A DNA stretch of 60,090 bases from a virus (Duplodnaviria > Caudoviricetes): IMG/VR virus record IMGVR_UViG_3300006921_003877, positions 1 to 60,090 of that record. One strand, given 5' to 3'. Below, one piece after another: positions 10,016 to 19,649 of this stretch (position 1 is its first letter; each line of letters opens with the position of its first letter). A program made the translations under genes and the position numbers. The notes under the pieces were generated by a model. The model was not told where the DNA came from. It did not search any database and saw only the letters and a list, made by a program, of their open reading frames with translations.

Positions 10016-11692
10016 ATGTCAATATATAGAACATATTTCACTGAGAGTAATACAATAATTAAAGGATTTTCCACGGGCGACACTCAAGCCCAAATGAATA
10101 CCTCATTAAACCCTATTGTAGAACTATTTTATGGGGCTGGAACTGGAACGACAGTTTCTAACATAAACTATAGTAGGTTTATTTTTAATTTTGACTTATC
10201 AGGATTAGTTGATAGGATAAACAAAAAAGAAATAACACTTAGTGGTTTTACGGCGTCAACAGGTATACATAGTAAAGCAACCCATAAATTAAAAATGACT
10301 AATACTATTTTTAATAATAACGAATTATTAGGGAAAGACACTCTTTTTAATTCGGCTAGTCGTGCTAATTCTTTTGATTTAATTGCCTTTAAGATGGGTC
10401 AATCATGGGATGCTGGTACAAAATTTGATACAGCGGGGGTTAGTAATTGGTGTTATAGGAAAACTAATTATACGTGGTCAGGAAATACTTATGATGTACC
10501 TTTATCTACTTGTGGTATCTATACTGGTAGTACTGCCTTAACTTCAGCTAACTATTCTCGATACGCACTTTTTCCTTATAGTTGTTCCACCAACACTACC
10601 GCAACTACAATGGTTGCAACACAACATTTTAGTAGAGGAAATGAAGATGTAGATATGGATATTACTTGTGCAATAAATGATATGTTGACAGGTACCACCA
10701 CAGCGCTTAATGGTTCATCCACACCAACTGGTGGATTAGTTACAGATATACATCAAGGTTTTGTAAATGGTGATTTTTTAACAGGTGTTAAAAATTATGG
10801 TATGGGGTTAGCTTTTAATCCCTTTTATGAAACAATACTAACAGATGAAAAAAGATATGTAGGTTTTTTTAACGAAAATACAAATACTTTTTTTGAACCT
10901 TACATTGAGACAACGTATGTTGATACCGTAATCGATGATAGAGAAAAATTCTATATGGGTAAAACAAATAGAGTATGTTTATATGTTAACGCCGGTGGTG
11001 CACCAACTAATTTAGATCGTTTACCTGGAGTTGTGGTTTATGATCAAGATGGAGATGTCTATGATAGATTTGTACAAGTAGACACCAATCATCTAAATGC
11101 TTCAGTTTTTACACCATATACTGAAGTTACTCATGTTACTACAGGAGTGTATTGTATAGATTTTTCCGTCCCAACTTCATGTGCTTGTCCCCTAACTCAA
11201 TATAGTGATGTATGGAGTGGTTTAACAATAAATGGACAAGCAATCGATGACAGAACCCAATACATAACGATTAAAGATGAAAATGAATACTATAATATTG
11301 GTGGAGAAATAGACTTACCTAAATCATATGGTTTTTCAATATCAGGAATAAAATCTGATGAAAGGATAAAAAGAGGCGATAAACGTAAAATTATGGTAAG
11401 TGCACGTGTGCCATATACCGTTAATCATACTCAGGTTATTGATTCGTTGAAATATCGTTTATATATAAAGGACGGTACTAGTGAATATACTGTAATAGAC
11501 TACACAGATGTTAATAGAACCCCTACACATAATTACTTTATTATAGATACTTCGTGGTTAATACCAAATACGTACTATATTGATTTACAACTTACTTCAA
11601 ATCAAAAAGTAGAGACTTATGATCAGGAACTTCGATTCATAGTTAAAAATCAAGGGTTACCAGATAATCTTAAAAAAAGGCTAGTAAATTAA
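10016..11692 (+). CDS. Probable virion structural protein (beta-rich, Thr/Gly-rich)
   Basis: Follows the spike gene, has its own TATTTAT motif at 9993, and has beta-sandwich-like composition. Confidence 0.55.
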   Translation: MSIYRTYFTESNTIIKGFSTGDTQAQMNTSLNPIVELFYGAGTGTTVSNINYSRFIFNFDLSGLVDRINKKEITLSGFTASTGIHSKATHKLKMTNTIFNNNELLGKDTLFNSASRANSFDLIAFKMGQSWDAGTKFDTAGVSNWCYRKTNYTWSGNTYDVPLSTCGIYTGSTALTSANYSRYALFPYSCSTNTTATTMVATQHFSRGNEDVDMDITCAINDMLTGTTTALNGSSTPTGGLVTDIHQGFVNGDFLTGVKNYGMGLAFNPFYETILTDEKRYVGFFNENTNTFFEPYIETTYVDTVIDDREKFYMGKTNRVCLYVNAGGAPTNLDRLPGVVVYDQDGDVYDRFVQVDTNHLNASVFTPYTEVTHVTTGVYCIDFSVPTSCACPLTQYSDVWSGLTINGQAIDDRTQYITIKDENEYYNIGGEIDLPKSYGFSISGIKSDERIKRGDKRKIMVSARVPYTVNHTQVIDSLKYRLYIKDGTSEYTVIDYTDVNRTPTHNYFIIDTSWLIPNTYYIDLQLTSNQKVETYDQELRFIVKNQGLPDNLKKRLVN

Positions 11693-11727
11693 TTTTCATT
11701 ATAGAATAATTTTAGTATTCTTAACAT

Positions 11728-12639
11728 ATGAATATAAAATTATCCGACCACATTGGGAACACTCCCTTAATTCCTATCACTTTAGGTAACCTTACTGTTT
11801 GGGGTAAGGCAGAATTTATGAACCCCTCAGGTTCAGTAAAAGACCGTATGGCGTCTTTTATCATTAACAACGCACAAGAAAAAGGTTTAATTAAAAAAAA
11901 TAGTACCATATGTGAAGCAACTAGTGGTAACAGTGGAATTGCTTTTGCTATGTTGGCAGCAGAAAGAGGTTATAAAATGGTTATAATCATGCCATCCAAC
12001 ATGTCTGAAGAACGTAAAAAAATGTTTAAGTATTATGGTGCCACCTTAATAGAAGTCGATGAAGGTGACTTTGATGGTGCTATTGAACTAAGAGATAATT
12101 TATGTAATGATAACGGATGGTTCAATTGTAACCAATTTCACAACCCTTTGAATATTGAGGCACACTATCAAACTACAGGACCTGAAATATATGAAGAGTG
12201 GTCTCTTCCTAAGATAAAAGGAAGTTTTAGAAGAATAGACTCACCTTCAGTTTTTGTCGCGGGTACTGGTACTGGTGGTACATTAATGGGAACTCGTAAA
12301 TTTCTAAAAGAAAAATGGGAAGATATAAAAATAGTTGCTGTAGAACCCGCAGAATCTCCTGTAATGTCTGGAGGTGAACCAGGACTCCATGGCATACAAG
12401 GAATTGGTGATGGTAGTAAATTTTTAGTTGATTTAGATTTAGTTGATGAGGTAAGAGTTATAAAAACTGACTGCGCAAAAAGTATTGCAAAACACTTAGC
12501 AAAAAGATATGGTTTATTTATTGGTATTAGTGGTGGGGCCAATGTAATGGCAACTTTTCAGTGGTTACGTGATAATGATAAAAAAGAAGGTATAACAATT
12601 CTCTGTGATAGAGGAAATAGATATCTAAGTTGTTTATAA
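11728..12639 (+). CDS. cysK: Cysteine synthase (O-acetylserine sulfhydrylase, CysK/CysM family)
   Basis: IGNTPL, NPSGSVKDR (PLP lysine), ATSGNSG, NQF, GTGTGGT and HGIQGIG motifs. Confidence 0.92.
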   Translation: MNIKLSDHIGNTPLIPITLGNLTVWGKAEFMNPSGSVKDRMASFIINNAQEKGLIKKNSTICEATSGNSGIAFAMLAAERGYKMVIIMPSNMSEERKKMFKYYGATLIEVDEGDFDGAIELRDNLCNDNGWFNCNQFHNPLNIEAHYQTTGPEIYEEWSLPKIKGSFRRIDSPSVFVAGTGTGGTLMGTRKFLKEKWEDIKIVAVEPAESPVMSGGEPGLHGIQGIGDGSKFLVDLDLVDEVRVIKTDCAKSIAKHLAKRYGLFIGISGGANVMATFQWLRDNDKKEGITILCDRGNRYLSCL

Positions 12640-12643
12640 ATAA

Positions 12644-12669
12644 AAAAACCCCTCCGAAGAGGGGTTTTT
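12644..12669. terminator. Bidirectional intrinsic terminator between convergent cysK and MCP
   Basis: aaaaacccctc-cgaa-gaggggttttt; C(UUCG)G tetraloop on the minus strand. Confidence 0.88.
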
Positions 12670-12691
12670 CATTATAAAGAGTAGCGAAAAA

Positions 12692-14605
12692 TTATCTTAA
12701 CTCATTAATACCAAATGTTACTACACCATCGACGTTGATAGTACCGTAGAATCTGTTGTTAACCATCTTCTTAGCGTATCTTGTCATTATACCTTTGATT
12801 GGTGCAAAGTTAAATGGATTATACATAGTAGGTGTAAGTTGTAACGGAACGTAAGGAGCGTATACATAACCAGTATCTAGTAATGATTTTCCTTTATGTC
12901 CAATTAATATCTTACCTGCTGGGAAGTAAGGATCTCTATATACAGTATATCTACCTGATAAAGAACCAATCTTCTCAATACCCATATTATAAGAATCTTG
13001 CTCTGGTGACGCGTTAGACACGTGGAAGTATTCTAAATCATCAAATATTGCAGAAACCTCAGCTGAACATACGATCCAGTTAGCTCCTCCTCTAAGAGTT
13101 GATTTATGAATTTGAGCAGATAATTGATTTACCGTAGTAATCAATGTTTGATTCCAATCTTTTTGAGTGTAAGCATTGTAACCTTGACCATTGTTAGATC
13201 TTCTCCAACCATTGTAGTCCCATCTTAACGTCCAAGCCGCACCATTTCTAAGGTCTTTCAAGATTTCTCTATCAATCTCAGCCGCAACTTGTTCTGATAA
13301 TAAAGCTGTTAATTCAGCCTCAGCATCAATGTTGTGGAATGCAGACACGTCTTGTGCAAGTTCAGGAGACCAAGTAGCTCTTAGTTTTCTTTCTGTTACC
13401 GCTACAGTTACAGAATCTAATCTAAATGTTACTTCAGCCATGTTATCTTCTAACTCCATGTTAGCGTAAGATAAAACCTGAGCCACAAGTCCTAAAGCTG
13501 ATGCAGTAGGTACACCCGCTGCCGCTATATAGTTAGCGTTGTTAGTAGCAGTAGAATCTGGATTACCATAACCTCTACCTTCAACAGTCGTACATGTTGG
13601 ACATGCTGGACAACCAAAGTCAATCTCGATTAACATGTTACCTGTACCTGCGTAAGGTGCTATTGTACTTCCAGATACAAGACCTTGACCGTACTTTTGT
13701 GTTACTGTTCTGTACTTTAATGGAGTACCACCAGATATCAACGGCATATCTAAAGCCGGATCAGTTATCGTACCACTATCAGCTGTACCACCATTTAATT
13801 GGTAAAGAGCAGCTGTTGAGAAAGTATCAGCAGATGTATTACAAGAAACCATTGGTCCTGCAATTGCGTCTCTCGCAGCAGTTGTAGCACTTAAGTAAAT
13901 TACTAAACCTGCTAAGAAAGCTTCAGTATCAGCTAATTGTCCATCAGGACCTACTAATGTTCCTGTAGTAGATAAGATAGAAGAAGAAATTAATCCTGTT
14001 ACGTATCTGTTAGCTGGATTACTTAACGGTACACCGTTTGTATCAGTTCTTCCTGAGAAAGTTCCAATATTTGGGTAAGCTGTTGACGCCACTGTTGTAA
14101 GTCCACCTGGAACTACAGTTACTGGAGTAACAGTTCTTTTACCTCTTGATGCATCAAATAATCCTCTCGCTGGAGAAGCGTTATTTTCATAGAATTGGTC
14201 ATATAAATCTACACCTGAAGGAGTAGAAGCATTGAATCCACCGTTAGTAGAGTCAAAACCAGGTCTGTTAGTAGATACCTCTGGTACAAAGTAGAATAAT
14301 TTACCAATTGGTAAGTTTAACGCTTGTACTGATACGATATCGTTAGCCAAAAGTTTAGAGAATACTCTCCTTACGATTGGGAATACAACTGTTTCGAAAG
14401 AACCTGAATCAGTTGCTGTTGTTTGTTCGTTGATTAAGTAAGACGCTTGATTCTCAAATAATTGAGCAACGTTGTCTTTACTATAACCATTTAGGCCATC
14501 TAGGAATCCTAGTTTGTCCCATTTGTTAATTACGTCTTCACGGATAAGTTTCATTGAATTAGTTCCAATGTTTCCAACTTGTCCTGAGTTTAATAAATGT
14601 CCCAT
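12692..14605 (-). CDS. gp23: Major capsid protein, T4 gp23-like
   Basis: FPIVRRVF..LLANDIVSVQ, RKLRATWSPELAQD, AEIDREI, YAPYVPL and GIMTRYA motifs; LINE/Q is a likely maturation site. Confidence 0.95.
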   Translation of the reverse strand: MGHLLNSGQVGNIGTNSMKLIREDVINKWDKLGFLDGLNGYSKDNVAQLFENQASYLINEQTTATDSGSFETVVFPIVRRVFSKLLANDIVSVQALNLPIGKLFYFVPEVSTNRPGFDSTNGGFNASTPSGVDLYDQFYENNASPARGLFDASRGKRTVTPVTVVPGGLTTVASTAYPNIGTFSGRTDTNGVPLSNPANRYVTGLISSSILSTTGTLVGPDGQLADTEAFLAGLVIYLSATTAARDAIAGPMVSCNTSADTFSTAALYQLNGGTADSGTITDPALDMPLISGGTPLKYRTVTQKYGQGLVSGSTIAPYAGTGNMLIEIDFGCPACPTCTTVEGRGYGNPDSTATNNANYIAAAGVPTASALGLVAQVLSYANMELEDNMAEVTFRLDSVTVAVTERKLRATWSPELAQDVSAFHNIDAEAELTALLSEQVAAEIDREILKDLRNGAAWTLRWDYNGWRRSNNGQGYNAYTQKDWNQTLITTVNQLSAQIHKSTLRGGANWIVCSAEVSAIFDDLEYFHVSNASPEQDSYNMGIEKIGSLSGRYTVYRDPYFPAGKILIGHKGKSLLDTGYVYAPYVPLQLTPTMYNPFNFAPIKGIMTRYAKKMVNNRFYGTINVDGVVTFGINELR

Positions 14606-14627
14606 TTTAATTTATTTTTTTAATGTT

Positions 14628-15941
14628 TTACTTTATTTTATTCATAAGGTCCATCATTCTCGTCATTTGAGGATCCTGATAAACTTTATTTTCTCTTATA
14701 ACACTATTTCTCTTAGTGTTTTTTATAGTTGATTCTTCTGTTATAACTTTAGTTCCTCCTTTACTTACCATAGCTTCTTGAATTGGTTTCTTAGAAACCA
14801 TTTCTCCTGATAATTTTTTATATAAGGATTTTGATTCTTTTAATGAATTAACTTCATCAAAACGAGAAAGAATGTTTAACTTTTCTTTTTTCGTTGTAGA
14901 ATGCTCAGTAAACAATTTGGTTGTGTAAGCTAAATTCGAATTGAACACTGCCACTTCGTTTAACTTTTCTCTAAATAATGAAAGAGCTTTTTTATACTCT
15001 TCATTTTTTGATTTAAGTTTTTTAACTTCACCTCCATAGGTAGTAACCGCAGCTTTTAACTGTTTATTTTCCTTTATGATTCTTGATGGTACATGAGCTC
15101 TTCTTGATTCTTTAATCCCGCTCTTTTTTGCGAGATCCTTATTTGGTATAGCTCTTGGCTTATTAAGCCCTTTTCTTTGTCCTGAAGATCCACGTCTTCC
15201 ATTTTGATAAGTTCTGTTTGTCCCCTCTTCGATTTCTTCTTCTTCGAAGTCATCCAATTCGATTTCATACATCTTCTCATCTTTCATTTCCATATGACGT
15301 TTTTTACCATACATTTCATCCATGTCTTTCATTTCATTCATATAGTCATCAGGTTCTCCTTGATCACCATGTGAAGCTCCAGTTTTGCCGTGATATCCTT
15401 TATCAGTCCCTTTGTAGTTTTTATAATCACTACGAGTTTTTGATTGGTCACCCTTTTTGGCTCCACCTTCTTCCATCATGTCGTCATCCATCATTTCATT
15501 CATGTCATCATCCAATTCAATTTCGTAAATTGGTTCATTCTGTTTCCCTTCAGAAACATTCTTAATTTCATACTCTTCGTTACCATCTGTAAGGGTTACG
15601 CCATCTCCAGTTTTTACAACTTCGATTTCGTCTTCTGGTCCCATTTTCTTAAACACTTTCATTACCTCATCATCTGATGAAGCAGTAAGGTCTAACTCTA
15701 CAGCGTCGCCGCCCATGTCCATGTCCATATCCATATCTATATCCATGTCGTCGTCTGTAACACCTAACAATTCTTCTGAATCCATTTCAATCTCATCAAC
15801 TTCGTTGATAGATTCTTTTACTAGTTCGTTAATTTCTTTCTTCAAAACCGAAGGAAGTATTTCTTTTGCACTCTCCTTTACTGATTCCTCGATAGCTTTC
15901 GCTTCAAGAAGAGCCTCTTCTACTAAAGATTTTTTTGCCAT
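14628..15941 (-). CDS. gp22: Prohead core scaffolding protein (gp22-like)
   Basis: Immediately upstream of MCP, acidic and coiled-coil, with many L/I-x-E protease-type sites. Confidence 0.75.
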   Translation of the reverse strand: MAKKSLVEEALLEAKAIEESVKESAKEILPSVLKKEINELVKESINEVDEIEMDSEELLGVTDDDMDIDMDMDMDMGGDAVELDLTASSDDEVMKVFKKMGPEDEIEVVKTGDGVTLTDGNEEYEIKNVSEGKQNEPIYEIELDDDMNEMMDDDMMEEGGAKKGDQSKTRSDYKNYKGTDKGYHGKTGASHGDQGEPDDYMNEMKDMDEMYGKKRHMEMKDEKMYEIELDDFEEEEIEEGTNRTYQNGRRGSSGQRKGLNKPRAIPNKDLAKKSGIKESRRAHVPSRIIKENKQLKAAVTTYGGEVKKLKSKNEEYKKALSLFREKLNEVAVFNSNLAYTTKLFTEHSTTKKEKLNILSRFDEVNSLKESKSLYKKLSGEMVSKKPIQEAMVSKGGTKVITEESTIKNTKRNSVIRENKVYQDPQMTRMMDLMNKIK

Positions 15942-16012
15942 TTGACTAGTTTTTTTTTAATCTTATTATTAATATACGCAAAAGCGCAAAGAACTCCTTA
16001 GGGAGTTTTTTA

Positions 16013-16019
16013 ATAAATA
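16013..16019 (-). promoter_or_regulatory. TATTTAT putative late promoter of the scaffold-MCP operon
   Basis: Same motif recurs upstream of about 20 operon heads (see findings). Confidence 0.65.
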
Positions 16020-16070
16020 TGCCTCATATACCCAAAAAGCCATATTAGTCTGAAAATTTGTCAGTTAAGT

Positions 16071-16481
16071 TTAACGATAGTAACCTCGTAATTCTGTGGG
16101 TCCTATAATGTACTCTCGATTCTTAAGATTCATCATGTCTGCTCGAGCCATTTTTTCTGCTAGAATCTTATCTTTTTCTGGGTCTCCTGAACTAGGTAAC
16201 ATAGCATCATAATAAACATCCACAAAATATCTAACTCTATCTCCTCTCTGAGTTTCGTCAAATACTTCATCTAAATCTACTTCATCTAAATCATAGTTTG
16301 GATCGTAAAATTGTTCTGGTAGTCTAGGTCCCTCTTCATTTTCATCATCACTAAATAATGAATCTTCATCATAGAAATAATCTGAATTATACCCTGGTAA
16401 CTCTCTCCAGTTATCTGGTCTATCATCAGGTTGCTCAGATAATAACCCTAACTCTTTTTTTATTTTCCCTCTTAAACTCAT
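16071..16481 (-). CDS. Acidic hypothetical protein with putative capsid-targeting N-terminus
   Basis: Start MSLRGKIKKELGLLSE/Q lies 1 nt after the upstream stop. Confidence 0.55.
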   Translation of the reverse strand: MSLRGKIKKELGLLSEQPDDRPDNWRELPGYNSDYFYDEDSLFSDDENEEGPRLPEQFYDPNYDLDEVDLDEVFDETQRGDRVRYFVDVYYDAMLPSSGDPEKDKILAEKMARADMMNLKNREYIIGPTELRGYYR

Positions 16482-16482
16482 A

Positions 16483-18345
16483 TTAACAAGCTGACGCATT
16501 TGATGATGAACAATTATGAGTATTCATTAAATCTTGAACCTCATCATACTTACACTGTATTTGGTTCATCCAATTAGGTCCCATTTGTTGACCATTTATC
16601 ATACCTGTAGAAAGTGCGTTACCCCAAAGTGTCTCCCTTTGACAAAGGAATTGACAAGGTTGGTTTGGATTTTGGGAACTAAAGTTAGGTAAACTTGTAA
16701 AGTTATTTAACCAGTTACTATAATTTGGCCAAGCTGACTGGTCACAACCTGTTGTTGATGTGTTAGGACATGGTACGATAGGGAAAGTCATCTGTGGTAC
16801 TTGAGCAGCTGTACCAACTTGTAATACCTTCCAATTGGCTAATTGAGCTCCAGGACCTCCCGCTGGTGCTTCAAATTCATCCCCAATTACTGGTGTTCTT
16901 ACAGTTCCATTATCATCTACTAACATATTCATGAAAGAATTCTGACTTCCAAAAGGAGTACCATCACACAACTCAACTGTTACATAAGCTGGAGTTGGGG
17001 CCGCACTACATTGTGCATTACAATCAGCTTCTGACGTATAAGGTCCTGTAAAATATGATTGAGGTTGATTTGGAGATTGTGCACAATTACCACCGTTAGG
17101 ATTAACATAAGCACCTGTTGGATCACACCACCAGTCTCCTTGAGATTGTGTTTGGGCACATGGTTGGACATTAGGGTTATAATAAGGTGATATATTTTGT
17201 GCATTTGCTCCCTGACCATTTGTGTCACAAGCGGTAACTACTGTTGCCGATTCAGGAGGAGTAGATAAACCATAAGCACTACAACTATTTATTTGGTTTC
17301 CTGCCCCCGTACCTGTCATTCTATAAGTTTGACCTTGGTATTCTACAAAGACTATAGGTCCGTCTGCCATATTATATGGATTACCGCCACTATCAGTTAC
17401 ATTTAGACATAAATTACTAAAAGCTAGATTTTGTTGATTTGAATAAGGAAGTGGACCCATACCACAAGCTTGGGCAAGACCCGCATTATGATTATCACCA
17501 CAACTATATAACTTTGCATGTCTAATAATTCCTGGTCCCCAGTCTTGAACTTGAGTTTGTTCATTTAATGATATAACATCATCACCCATTAAAGTCATAG
17601 GTTCCATTTGTGGTTTGTTGTCTGACCTACAAGAATTTGATGCTGCGCACCAATGATGTCCTGGAGGACAACCACCTGGACCCATATCGCCAGCTTCTTT
17701 ATATTGGTCATGTTCAAAAGAATCATTAACACTATCCATCATTTGGTCTATCTTTGCCAAGTGACTTTCCATCCAATCATCTAATACCTCATCTCTTTCT
17801 AACTTATTATAAACGTTTTGTGCTTTATTTGAAATACTGTGTAATTGTGACGCTGCCATATAGGAATCTTCACTTGTTTCTTTTGCTTCTCCACATCCAC
17901 AACCTTCCTTAAGTTTTTCCTTACCTTTTACTGGTCCACTTTTCATATTTAACGATGGTGGTGGTGGAGTCCCTTTTAATTTGTTTACGTCTGATTTTGG
18001 CACCCACCCGTTAGAGGTTAAAACATCTCCATGGATACTCGTCATTAAAATTTCCCCATCATATTGTATTCCTGTGTTTCCCTTTTCTTTCTTCTTCTCT
18101 TCTTTTTCTCCCCCTCCTGTTGGTACTCCTAATCCACTACACATAGTATAGTCACTAAAAGAACCTTGAGTTTCTGTTACGCAGTTACCCCCACTTACAC
18201 ATCCGTGATATGCGTTTTCTCCACCACAACTAATGGCAGCTGTACAATAACCTTCATGGTCACAGTTAGGGGCCTCTGTTAATAACCTACCCTCATTTAA
18301 TTTTTTTATATGATCGTATTTTGATTTTCTAGTTCTATAACTCAT
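16483..18345 (-). CDS. Modular Cys-rich protein, probable head-associated protein
   Basis: Located next to the protease gene; modules separated by LTE, LKE and LNE; shares repeats with 19650..20960. Confidence 0.6.
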   Translation of the reverse strand: MSYRTRKSKYDHIKKLNEGRLLTEAPNCDHEGYCTAAISCGGENAYHGCVSGGNCVTETQGSFSDYTMCSGLGVPTGGGEKEEKKKEKGNTGIQYDGEILMTSIHGDVLTSNGWVPKSDVNKLKGTPPPPSLNMKSGPVKGKEKLKEGCGCGEAKETSEDSYMAASQLHSISNKAQNVYNKLERDEVLDDWMESHLAKIDQMMDSVNDSFEHDQYKEAGDMGPGGCPPGHHWCAASNSCRSDNKPQMEPMTLMGDDVISLNEQTQVQDWGPGIIRHAKLYSCGDNHNAGLAQACGMGPLPYSNQQNLAFSNLCLNVTDSGGNPYNMADGPIVFVEYQGQTYRMTGTGAGNQINSCSAYGLSTPPESATVVTACDTNGQGANAQNISPYYNPNVQPCAQTQSQGDWWCDPTGAYVNPNGGNCAQSPNQPQSYFTGPYTSEADCNAQCSAAPTPAYVTVELCDGTPFGSQNSFMNMLVDDNGTVRTPVIGDEFEAPAGGPGAQLANWKVLQVGTAAQVPQMTFPIVPCPNTSTTGCDQSAWPNYSNWLNNFTSLPNFSSQNPNQPCQFLCQRETLWGNALSTGMINGQQMGPNWMNQIQCKYDEVQDLMNTHNCSSSNASAC

Positions 18346-18348
18346 GAT

Positions 18349-19038
18349 TTAATCTTTTAAGAAATTTTTAATTGTTTTATTCAAATCTGACTCCATTATT
18401 TTTTGGGGTTTAACAGATTCTACGTAAGGTTTAGCTTCGTCTACTTGATTAAATAAATAAGCTCCAGGGGTTGAAGGTGAAGAAACCAAATCAAAACAGA
18501 TTAATTCAAAATCATCTTGTACCATATTTTGTCCATTTACACTTTGTAAAGAACCGACTCCTCTTGAGGATATACCTAATTGTACACCGTGTCTTAGTAG
18601 ATTAGCTGCTAAATCTCCGGGTGTTGTTGTAACTCCTGTATTTTCATAAGCAGGAGATGTAATTAAAGTTAACTTCCCCATTAGTGTATTTCCGTCCCAC
18701 CAAGTTTCGTCTAATTTGTGAGATGTTCTTTCTAAATCTATGATTGACGAGTCTGGATGGTTTAACTCGGAAATAGCTCTACCATTTTTTATCACCTCTT
18801 GGTGTTTATCCACTTCGTTTCTAAGAATATTTTCTGGATAAATTCTTCCATTTCTGTTTTGAACTCCACATTTTTGTAGTACAGCAACCATTTGAATCGG
18901 ACCATAGCTTGTTCCGACTTCATTCATCTCTTTTATAATTTTTTTATTTTCCGTGATTTGGGGTGATATATATCCGGAGTCTTTTTCGACTAAAAGTCCA
19001 TACCCCACTTCTCCTTCTTTAAGTAATTTAAGTTCCAT
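18349..19038 (-). CDS. gp21: Prohead core protease, T4 gp21-like
   Basis: NRNGRIYP, ELNHP, GISSRGVGS and FDLVSSPSTPGAY motifs. Confidence 0.95.
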   Translation of the reverse strand: MELKLLKEGEVGYGLLVEKDSGYISPQITENKKIIKEMNEVGTSYGPIQMVAVLQKCGVQNRNGRIYPENILRNEVDKHQEVIKNGRAISELNHPDSSIIDLERTSHKLDETWWDGNTLMGKLTLITSPAYENTGVTTTPGDLAANLLRHGVQLGISSRGVGSLQSVNGQNMVQDDFELICFDLVSSPSTPGAYLFNQVDEAKPYVESVKPQKIMESDLNKTIKNFLKD

Positions 19039-19081
19039 ACTAATAAATATTATTTTTATAATAAATATATCGTAGTAAATT

Positions 19082-19105
19082 AAAACCCACGATTAAGCGG
19101 GTTTT
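19082..19105 (-). terminator. Intrinsic terminator
   Basis: Minus strand reads aaaacccgc-ttaatc-gtgggtttt, downstream of 19123..19557. Confidence 0.65.
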
Positions 19106-19122
19106 ATATAATGAACGTGGGG

Positions 19123-19557
19123 TTAATTTTTCTTTTTACTGTTATAGGTGAAATTTTCATCTATTTCAAACACTTCTCCTATTAACTTTGTAGAAAGCCA
19201 TTGTAATTCCATAATTACAGAAGGGTTATTTATTTTTCTAAGATTTTTTTGGAATAGAGTCACTTCACATGACATAAATGATTTTTTATTTTTTATAATT
19301 CCTGATGAACGTAAATCAAAATCTAATATTATTTTTTCTTTATTAAAACTTTCCGACGGTACAGTCGAATTTAAGAATCTTTTGATATTCTTTTTTATTT
19401 TATTTAAGTTTGGTTGGTAGTCCTCGATATCTTTGGTTGGTTCTACCCAACTAGATAGAATTAAATACAAAGTTCTAGGTTCTTTATTATTTACTGTCCC
19501 TATTCTTACATTAAAGGGTTTTTCTGTTTTTAGAGCTAACTCTTTTCCTAATTTCAT
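19123..19557 (-). CDS. Hypothetical protein
   Basis: 144 aa ORF flanked by two terminators. Confidence 0.6.
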   Translation of the reverse strand: MKLGKELALKTEKPFNVRIGTVNNKEPRTLYLILSSWVEPTKDIEDYQPNLNKIKKNIKRFLNSTVPSESFNKEKIILDFDLRSSGIIKNKKSFMSCEVTLFQKNLRKINNPSVIMELQWLSTKLIGEVFEIDENFTYNSKKKN

Positions 19558-19620
19558 TTCTCATGTTCTTTTCTTCAAAGTGTTATTAATAGTTAATAAT
19601 AAGAAATATAATCCAATAAA

Positions 19621-19641
19621 AAAACCCCGAGTAGGGGTTTT
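19621..19641 (-). terminator. Intrinsic terminator
   Basis: aaaacccc-gagta-ggggtttt just after the stop of 19650..20960. Confidence 0.75.
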
Positions 19642-19649
19642 CTTATCTA

